In this document: one piece after another, positions 55,942-64,000 of the stretch
How positions within the stretch are numbered: the stretch's first letter is position 1
How the letters are laid out: the number at the start of each line of letters is the position of its first letter
NCBI GenBank assembly: GCA_963921275.4
Contig: OZ001293.3
Span: 1,760,001-1,824,000, forward strand
Source: an uncultured Hormoscilla sp.
GTDB taxonomy: Bacteria; Cyanobacteriota; Cyanobacteriia; Cyanobacteriales; Desertifilaceae
Length of the DNA stretch: 64,000 nt
Reading direction: 5' to 3'
Program-made: the position numbers and the translations under genes
Notes under the pieces: generated by a model
Databases searched by the model: none
The model's input: only the letters and a program-made list of their open reading frames with translations
Told to the model about the DNA's origin: nothing

Positions 55942-56586
55942 ATGAGAGAGCGTATTCAGCAGCTAATTGAGAACCTAAACCGCACCATTGTGGGTAAAAA
56001 TGATGCCATCCGTTTAGTGCTGGTGTCTATACAAACTCAGTCGGAAATATCAGAAGAAGATCGGACTGAAGAAGATGAGACTGAGTCTTACGAAAAAGCG
56101 AAAGCACGTCAAGCTCAGTTACAACTCGAACTTTGGCACCTGACTGTCGCTCATGCTGTGCAAGGTATTTTGGATTTTGTCAAGATGGCCAAGGTCGCAG
56201 CTGAGGGTCAAGGAATTCCTACAGGAGTGGTATTTTTTCCCTCTGCTAACAAAATGATCGGTCAGGGGTTTGACTCTCGCTTGCAGCCTTGGGATCGGTT
56301 CCCTAGCTCGATGGAATGGCATCCTATGTCTTACGGTGTCTGCGGTAATGCTAGCTGCATTCTATCTGAGGTAAAGCGGGTACTAACTTTGGCTCCCGAT
56401 AACGCCCAGATCCAACCGGTCTTAGCAGGAACTTGGGGGCGATCGCGCAGCAATCGTCCTTCCCTAGAAGCACAAATGCAAAGGATTCGTCAAGTGGCTC
56501 CCCACATCCGCACTGTCAGCCATTTGGCCTATTCTTGGCAAGAACCAGAAATTGACCGCGATCGCATGCTTTGCCAATCGAGGTAA
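55942..56586 (+). pseudogene. Chimeric ORF: MoxR AAA N-terminus fused to a glycoside-hydrolase-like C-terminus
   Basis: MRERIQQLIENLNRTIVGKNDAIRLVLV, then unrelated ..QPWDRFP..EWHPMSYGVCG.. Confidence 0.6.
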
Positions 56587-56848
56587 TGACCAATTGCTGC
56601 GGGATGCTGATGTAGGTTGGGTTTCGTGCCTCAACCCAAAATCAACAGAGTGCTTACGGTGGGTTAGAATAAGCTAACCCACCCGACAATTAGTAATCTT
56701 ATCTTTCTATGACCAATACCCAACTTCGCCAACAACTCAACGAGGAAATCGATCGACTCTCTCCCGGAGACCTCACTCAACTCCTCGAACTCGCCCGCCA
56801 ACTCCGCCAAACTAGGGAACTCAAACCCGATATAGAGTACGCTATGGC

Positions 56849-57082
56849 TTGGTCGCAGGGGAACATTATCAGGTGATTCGGACAGGTTGGCACAAGGATC
56901 GGCGGATTTATGGATGTTCGATTCATATCGATCTCAAGGGTGACAAGATTTGGATTCAATATGATGGCACTGAGATTGGCATTGCTAATGAGTTGCTCGA
57001 TTGCAATATATCCAAACAGGATATTGTGCTAGCATTTCACGAGCCTTTTGCACGTCAGTTTACAGAGTTTGCTGTAGGCTGA
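56849..57082 (+). pseudogene. XisI family protein fragment
   Basis: GW..RRIYGCSIHIDLKGDKIWIQYDGTEIGIANELL..DIVLAF. Confidence 0.75.
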
Positions 57083-57168
57083 TACTATTTTTATTTAAAG
57101 ATCAATTATTCCAAAAACTGGACGATCCCAATTCGCGGGCGATCGCCTGCGAATTGGGATCGGTAATT

Positions 57169-57957
57169 TTAATCGATGTCGTCCGGGTTAATTCCCATTT
57201 CGAGTAAACGCTGGACTAATTGTTCAGCCCGTTGGCGTTCATTTTCAGCCCGTTGGCATTCATTTTCAGCCCGTGTTCCGTTTGGGCCTGTTTTTCCAGG
57301 GTTTTGATTTTGGTTTGTTCTTCTTTAATTAATTCCTCCACTAACGGCGGATCGAGCAGTTCTTTTACTGATAAAAATAGCTGCTCAAACTGACCGGAAA
57401 CAATTGACGTATCTTCTGGAAAATCATCAAAACTATATCCTTCTTCCTTGCGAAGATTAGCACAGACTCGAACAACTTTATTTTTCGGGTCTACTATCCA
57501 ATATTCGGGAATTTTCTTCGTATTTATTGCGTTTAATCACATAATATTCCTGGCGATTGCTGCTGACAATTTCTACCAGCATAATTGGCTTTTCATCAAA
57601 ATCAAAAACCCCAGCCCCTGAGCGATCGCTGATTTGCTCCCAAAGACTTTGATGGCAAACGATCGCATCAGGAATTCGGGATGAATTTTCCTCGGTTCTA
57701 ACTCCTACAGTGGTTTTGGCCACCAAAGATAAATTTTGGGCAGCAAAGTAGCGCTGTAACTTGTAGACTAAAAATTCACATATTTTTGTGTGTTCTAGAG
57801 TTGGTGTGGACATCGGTATTAGTTTACCCCTGACTAATTCATAGATAACATCCGGTTCTCCTTCATAGGAGAGATATTCTTGGAAGGTTAACAGATGTTC
57901 CTTTTCTTGAGGTTCATTGATGGCCACCTCCGTTGCTGGGGCGACAGCTTGTGTCAT
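57169..57957 (-). pseudogene. Uma2 family duplicate, frameshifted near 57515
   Basis: Near-identical 5' half and upstream DNA to 58194-59078. Confidence 0.85.
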
Positions 57958-58193
57958 ATTCGACCTCCCTTGCGCTCGCGTTCATTGACTATCTTATCTT
58001 AGCTTATTGGACCTCTTGACCGTCAGCACAGTTGGGACGACCAGGTACAGACCTCATTTGCTGCAACACCCTCAACTACCTACAGTTGCGAGGGGTAGTG
58101 CTCCTGATGTAATGATAGCAAATCCACTAACCGTTGTTTCAGTGGGATATAATCATTACTTGTGGAGCGCTACCCTTTGGGAGGAAGGTAATT

Positions 58194-59078
58194 TTAATCG
58201 ATGTCGTCCGGGTTTACTCCCATTTTTAGTAACCGCTGGACTAATTGTTCAGCCCGTTGGCGTTCATTTTCAGCCCGTTGGCGTTCATTTTCAGCCCGTT
58301 GGCGTTCATTTTCAGCCCGTTGGCGTTCATTTTCAGCCCGTTGGCGTTCATTTTCAGCCCGTTGGTGTTCGGTGTCCGCCCGTTGGCGTTCTGAAAGAGC
58401 TTGTTCTTTCAGGGTTTTGATTGTGCTTTGTTCTTCTTTAATTAATTTATCCACCAAGGGCGGTGCGAGCAGTTCTTTCACAGATAAAATTAGCTGCTCA
58501 AACTGACGGGAAACAATTGACTGTTCTGAGGTAAAATCGGCAAGAAAACGATATCCTTCTTCATTGCTAGGATTAGCACAGACCCGAACGAGTTTATTTT
58601 TCGGGTCTACTATCCAATACTCGGCAATTCCAGCCGATTCGTATTCGTTGCGCTTAATCACATAATCTTCCCGGCGATTGCTGCTGACAATTTCCACCAC
58701 CAGAATCGGCTTTTCATCAAAATCAAAAACTCCTGCCCCTGGACGATCGCTTATTTGCTCCCAAAGACTTTGATGGCAAACGATCGCATCAGGAATTCGG
58801 GATGAATTTTCCTCGGTTCTAACTCCTACAGTGGTTTTGGCCACCAAAGATAAATTTTGGGCAGCAAAGTAGCGCTGTAACTTGTAGACTAAAAATTCAC
58901 ATATTTTTGTGTGTTCTAGAGTTGGTGCGGACATCGGTATTAGTTGACCCCTGACTAATTCATAGATAACATCCGGTTCTCCTTCATAGAAGAGATATTC
59001 TTGGAAGGTTAACAGATGTTCCTTTTCTTGAGGTTCATTGATGGCCACCTCCGTTGCTGGGGCGACAGCTTGTGTCAT
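58194..59078 (-). CDS. Uma2 family protein with C-terminal (AENERQR)n coiled-coil repeats
   Basis: YELVRG, RIPDAIV, VVEIVS, GIAEYWIVDP. Confidence 0.88.
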   Translation of the reverse strand: MTQAVAPATEVAINEPQEKEHLLTFQEYLFYEGEPDVIYELVRGQLIPMSAPTLEHTKICEFLVYKLQRYFAAQNLSLVAKTTVGVRTEENSSRIPDAIVCHQSLWEQISDRPGAGVFDFDEKPILVVEIVSSNRREDYVIKRNEYESAGIAEYWIVDPKNKLVRVCANPSNEEGYRFLADFTSEQSIVSRQFEQLILSVKELLAPPLVDKLIKEEQSTIKTLKEQALSERQRADTEHQRAENERQRAENERQRAENERQRAENERQRAENERQRAEQLVQRLLKMGVNPDDID

Positions 59079-60622
59079 ATTCGACCTCCCTTGCGCTCGC
59101 GTTCATTGACTATTATATCTTATCTTAGCTTATTGGACATTTTTCCAGGAAGCCCCAAATACTGTAAACTTCGATCGATGATTTAGGATTGCTAGATGAG
59201 CGGTATTGTCGGTATTCTCAACGGCGACGGTCAACCCATTGACCCCGCCCTGTTACAGCAAATGATGGAGTTGATGGCATTTCGCGGCCCCGATGGCTGG
59301 GATACCTGGAATGACGGTTATGTCGGTTTCGGTCACGCCCTCTTGCGGACTACCTGGGAATCAGCAAAAGAACGGCAACCTCACAGTCTCGATGGGAAAG
59401 TTTGGATTACTGGGGATATCCGCCTGGACTGGCGCGAAGATTTGATTGACCAATTGCGTGCGTCCCGACGGAATCTAGAGAAGGACGTGACGGATGTTGA
59501 CCTGGTTTTGCACGCCTACTAGCTTTGGAAAGATGCTTGTTTGGAACGACTGAGTGGAGATTTTGCCTTTGCTATTTGGGATGGCCCCCAGCAGCGATTG
59601 TTCTGCGCCCGGGACCAGTTTGGGGTCGTACCTTTTTTCTATGCAACAATCGGAAAAAGCCTGATTTTTAGCAATACTCTCAACTGTCTGCGCCTGCACC
59701 CAGAGGTATCGGATAGACTTAATGAAGGGGCGATCGCCGATTTCCTGCTATTTAGCATGAATATGGATATGGCCACGACCACCTTCTTTGCCGATATCCA
59801 AAAGTTGCCCCCCGCCCACACCCTGATTTGGTCAGAGGGCGAGGTGCGCGTCCGGCGTTACTGGCAGTTGCCCGAAGCAGTAGAATACCTGCGTTACCAG
59901 CGCCCAGAAGAATATGTCGAGCAGTTTCGGGAGTTGTTCGAGCGCTCAGTTGCTTCCAGACTGCGAACCAACAGTGCGGGCACTATTTAAGCGGGGGAAT
60001 GGACTCCACCAGTATCGCTGCCACTGCCTATAAATTAATGACAGCAACGGGTTCCCCTGTTGATTTTCGGGCCTACGCGAGTTTCTATAAACAAGTCATT
60101 GCTGACGAGGAAGGGGACTACGCCGCACTGGTCGCTGAGGCGGCGGGTTTTCCTATTGAGTACCTAGTTGTGGAAGACTATTGGCAGCAGCCACCGATCG
60201 AACAACCGGAGTACATCGAATCAGAACCGCTGCTGATTCGCAACCAAAGCGTTGAGATGGAATTGAATCGGCGAGTCGCTGGGCACAGTCGGGTGCTGCT
60301 AGCTGGGTTTGGTGGCGATCCGGCACTTTATCCAGCGCCGTATTCCCAGAATAAGTCGCTTATGCTCAATCCTTTGGGTTACATTCGCTCTCTTCGTGCC
60401 AGGGTGAGGTTACGTACCCGGTTGCGCCAGTGGCTGCGCATAGAGCAGCAAGGGCGGTTCGGCTCCGCTCACCGCGAGCAACAAAAGATTTATTTTCCTG
60501 ACTGGTTTAACCAGATTTCGCAGAACGAGCGAACTTGAAAGCGCGACTGCAAGAAATATTGACTGCGCCACCGCAAAAAGACCGCTACGGAATGGCGACT
60601 GCTCCCTTGTGGTCCAATATTA

Positions 60623-61634
60623 ACTCAAGTTGCGACCTATAAAAATTGGATACAAAAAGCTATGATAAAGAGAATTATTTTCAACTCTAATCCCTTAGAT
60701 GTAACAGCATGAATTGACTTGGGAAACAAATTGGTGATTCGACTAAAACAGGTTTCAACTTGTTTTCTTGTTACTTTTTGTATATATTCAAAACAAGAAT
60801 ATTCTTTTCTTTTTGAGTTCTTTTTTCGCAAAGGTTTTAACATTATACTTGACGACTCTTTTAGTAAATCCTCTAATTGATAATCATTATAAGCTTTATC
60901 TCCATAAACTATTGAATTTGATGGTAAGTCAAAGCCAAAAGATTGCAAAACTTTAAAATCATTATAACTACCAGGATCTAGATAAAATTCTATTGGCTTT
61001 CCATTTTTGTTTACCAACATATGAACTCTTAATCCATAAAAATAACGTTTTTTACTGGCAATATACCCTCGATATTCTTCCTTGTTATAAATTTGGCATC
61101 TATCAATCCTAATATTATCACATACTGGCACCGGGAAACTATCAAGAATATATTCTTGACCCGGATTGAGCTCTTTAAATGTTTGAGCTATAACTTGGAA
61201 GAAAAACATCCAAATTGGTTCCTCAATATTGTGTAATCGACGATTGAACCTACTTTTACTTAACAGATTTTTTATATACTTGTGTTGGACCATAAATTGA
61301 CAAGAGCGATCGTGATGTCCTCCGAAAAAATATGCAGCAACTAATCCGACTGTCATCACTTCGGCATTGTTCATTTTTACTTGTGGATCTTCTTTTATAT
61401 TTAACGCTTTTAGTAGCTCGTCACAAAGAACAAAAATTGTTGTAATCATATCTTCCATCATCTACATCCCCCAGCAATTAACTATTATTTTAGTACATTA
61501 TAACCTATAAACAGCCAACCCGCCGTCTAGCACAAAAAAAATATAATTTTGTATCAAAAGCTACGAAATATCCCAAATATCTGTAAAGTATAAGTGGGTA
61601 ATTCATATTTTTTTTAATAGGTCGCAACTTAGGT
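60623..61634 (-). mobile_element. IS982 family insertion sequence
   Basis: Terminal IRs ACTCAAGTTGCGACCTAT / ATAGGTCGCAACTTAGGT; 7-bp target duplication AATATTA; low GC. Confidence 0.92.
60637..61461 (-). CDS. IS982 DDE transposase
   Basis: SRFNRR, LDSFPVPVC, GYIASKKRYFYGLRVH, GDKAY, RKQVETCFS. Confidence 0.92.
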   Translation of the reverse strand: MMEDMITTIFVLCDELLKALNIKEDPQVKMNNAEVMTVGLVAAYFFGGHHDRSCQFMVQHKYIKNLLSKSRFNRRLHNIEEPIWMFFFQVIAQTFKELNPGQEYILDSFPVPVCDNIRIDRCQIYNKEEYRGYIASKKRYFYGLRVHMLVNKNGKPIEFYLDPGSYNDFKVLQSFGFDLPSNSIVYGDKAYNDYQLEDLLKESSSIMLKPLRKKNSKRKEYSCFEYIQKVTRKQVETCFSRITNLFPKSIHAVTSKGLELKIILFIIAFCIQFL

Positions 61635-62102
61635 AATATTATATTTGCTGGGTCCGATCCGGGCTTCAGTGGCTTTCCTCTTAAAGTTCGCTTTCCGTTT
61701 TTTGATTTGCGTTTGGTGTTATACTTATTGTCAGTGCCGCCAGAACCTTGGTTTGAAAGTAAATTCTTGCTCCGGGAAGCCATGAAAGGCACATTGCCGG
61801 AGTCGGTGCGACGGCGACCCAAAACACCGCTCAGGGGCCGTCCCCGTTATGAATTTGCCAGGCAGCGAGGGGTCGTGCCATGGATGGTAGAACTGGCAAC
61901 TACACCCGCGCTGAGTTATTATGTCAACAGCGATCGCCTGTTGCAAAAAATCAACGCAGTAGAGGAACTCACCCCCGCGAGCTACGATCGAGCGTCATTT
62001 GCTCTGACACTGGCTTACTGGCTGCGCCACCAACGCCGCCCGAAGACCAAGACCAGACCGGTTTGATCGCAAATTTGAAATCAAAAGTAAGGAGAATAAC
62101 CC

Positions 62103-63186
62103 ATGTCTAGAGTAACTAACAACCAAGAGCGTCCATCTAACCAAAAAGATTATCACAGCCCTAAATTGCGGAGTTTCGGCAAGGTTAGCGATCTGACCTT
62201 AACGAATAATCCTGGAGGTGGTTGTGCGATTCGTTCCGGCGTAAACCAGTAATGGTGAAAGTCGGGTCTGGTTCCATTAGCCAGATAACTCTGGTCATCA
62301 TGGGGGTTAAATTCCCCTTCCCCAGGTGCGGGGGTGACACCGGTCCTTAGTGCTGCGGAGCCACATCGCCGTGGTGTGGAGCAAGGACTTAAATGAAGGA
62401 TAAGGTCTCAGCCCAGGGACCGACGCCGCATGGCTGCGCCACGCTGCGCGATCGGAAAGAGGTTCATGGTTAGAACAAGCAAATCCCTGTAAGCATCGTC
62501 ACCACGAACAAGCGAAAAGAGGCTGACACGCTTGGCACAAAATGTGCATGTAGTCCGCGTATCAGTGCTAATCAATCACTGATATCGTACCCGAAACGAC
62601 TGCCGGTGTAGAGGTGAGACCTAAAAGCCTCGTGAAATGATACCAGGGAACGAAGTAACCCCGTGGTGCTGTCCTACCGACGGACAAGTTAGATGTCAAG
62701 CGCAAGCCCACGTGGGAGGGATGTCCTAAGAAGCCAAAGCCTGGGGTAATGCCTAGGATATGCAGACGTAGGACGGATATGGTAAGAAGTTCTGGGAGAT
62801 AGTAGCCCTTAAATGTACTAAACCAGGAGCAATCCTAGGGAGTAATGGTGGATTAAATCCTAACCGGGTAAAAATTCAGAGCCCCAAATATAAGGGACAT
62901 GTAAGTAAAGAGCGGATTTAGTGGTTTACTGGTTTACCCCCGCAAACCTTCCGGAGTTAGGTAGCTAACGGCTCCACGACTGACCATAAGGGGCAAAATT
63001 TCATAGGACAAGGGACAATGGGAGTAATCCAAAAGTTACCTGCCTATGACAAGGGCTTATCAACCAGTAGCCGTGTGCGGTTCCAGTCGCTCTTCAGGTT
63101 TCGCTCTTGGAGGGTTGGTACGTGAGTACCAGTTCGACCCCGACCCCTCTGATGATGGTTTGGGGATCGCGATTTACAATTCCTAA
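62103..63186 (+). CDS. Lasso peptide precursor in two exons (62103-62223 and 63146-63186; 53 aa)
   Basis: AAGGAG RBS; spliced MSRVTNNQERPSNQKDYHSPKLRSFGKVSDLTLTNNPGGG|SSDDGLGIAIYNS*; leader motif YxxPxLxxxGxxxxxT; directly after the cyclase. Confidence 0.8.
62224..63145 (+). mobile_element. ORF-less group II intron (922 nt) with a degenerate domain V
   Basis: GTGCGATTCGTTC start, domain I homologous to the eno intron, AGTAGCCGTGTGCGG DV remnant, ends TTCGACCCCGACC. Confidence 0.88.
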
Positions 63187-63199
63187 CAGCAAAATCTGA

Positions 63200-64000
63200 A
63201 TGCCTTATCAACCAAAAGTCAGCAAGCCCATGCCCAGAAGGATTCTGTTGGCGAATTAGCTGGGGAGCTAACAGCTAGCATCGGTTAGGTTTTGGCAGCA
63301 TGCAATAGAGCCCCAAGCGCAGTTAATTCTGCCAGCAGCTGACGGTACAGGAACCCAAGTCACCCCCAAAGGCAATCAATTAAACATTCACGGAGGTCAG
63401 CTATCCAGAGATGAAGCAAATCTGTTCCACATGAGAAATTTAACCTCAGTGAAGGATAGATAGCCAACTTTCTGGCGAACCCCAATATCCGCAATATTTT
63501 GGGGCGAGTTACAGGGGGCGAAGCATCCATTATTAATGGCTTAATCCAAGTTACAGGCGGTAACTCCAACCTATTTTTACTCAACCCAGCAGGGATTATC
63601 TTCGGTCCCAATGCCAGTCTGAACGTGCCAGCTGCCTTCATCCCCACCACAGCTACAGGAATTCGCTTTGGCAGACAGAACTGGTTCAATGCCGAAGGGG
63701 ACAAGAATTGGTCTGAGTTAGTGGGAAACCCCGACTTCTTGAGGTTTAACAGTAGGAGTATAGAAAGTTTTCTCCAACAAGGGATTCTGAGAGTTAGGCA
63801 AGGAGAGGCTTTAATCGTAGAAACGCCAAGAGGGGCGATCGAATTACAAAAAGTTCCTGGTGAAAACTTAGTCCGCATCACAGCTAAAGGAAGCAGACTG
63901 AGTTTAGAGATTCCACTATCAGACTTTTATGACTCTCAGCTTTCCATAGGACGACCTCAGCAGTCTCTCCCGAAATTGCTGACTGGCGGCAGAGTTAACC
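63200..64000 (+). pseudogene. Filamentous haemagglutinin (TPS) N-terminal domain protein, frameshifted, runs off the window
   Basis: ANFLANPNIRNILGRVTGGEASIINGLIQVTGGNSNLFLLNPAGIIFGPNASLNV on the + strand. Confidence 0.8.

Larger units (their letters stand above)
59196..62066 (+). pseudogene. Asparagine-synthetase-like lasso peptide cyclase, disrupted
   Basis: MSGIVG (no catalytic Cys), RGPDG, GDFAFAIWD, LSGGMDSTS, RFPFFDLRLV, K.LLREAM; TAG at 59520, frameshifts near 59985 and 60515, IS982 insertion. Confidence 0.85.

Noticed and set aside
59196..62066. Housekeeping asparagine synthetase asnB
   Set aside because: It lacks the N-terminal catalytic Cys (MSGI) and is followed by a lasso-type precursor
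63360..63881. 173-aa minus-strand ORF
   Set aside because: Shadow of the plus-strand haemagglutinin-domain pseudogene

Overview
Cyanobacterial chromosomal window, judged from dense HIP1 GCGATCGC sites, ndhP, the hps locus and a cyanobacterial tmRNA tag. The organism is probably a filamentous strain with an eroding genome. The housekeeping backbone is mltG, yqeG, proB, ssrA, pyrB, ndhP, rpmB, htpG, clpB, gloA, eno, pheS, surE, ribF and devBCA. It is heavily invaded by group II introns and tiny repeats. Main observations: (1) the tmRNA gene is split inside its tag reading frame (ANNIVPF|ARKAAAVA) by a 2.3-kb group II intron whose protein has lost the RT catalytic motif (YADG). (2) Next to ssrA lies a candidate defence system: a ~1017-aa protein whose C-terminal half reads like a catalytically dead MID-PIWI (Argonaute-like) module, plus a ~1200-aa RecB-like-nuclease/SF2-helicase. 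Both genes are disrupted here. (3) A family of ORF-less ~870-920 nt group II introns, each with an EBS1 matching its own target, sits in eno, hpsA, the PIWI-like gene (antisense) and an unannotated lasso-peptide precursor. A nested pair of intron 5' fragments is also present. All calls come from reading the sequence; no database search was run.
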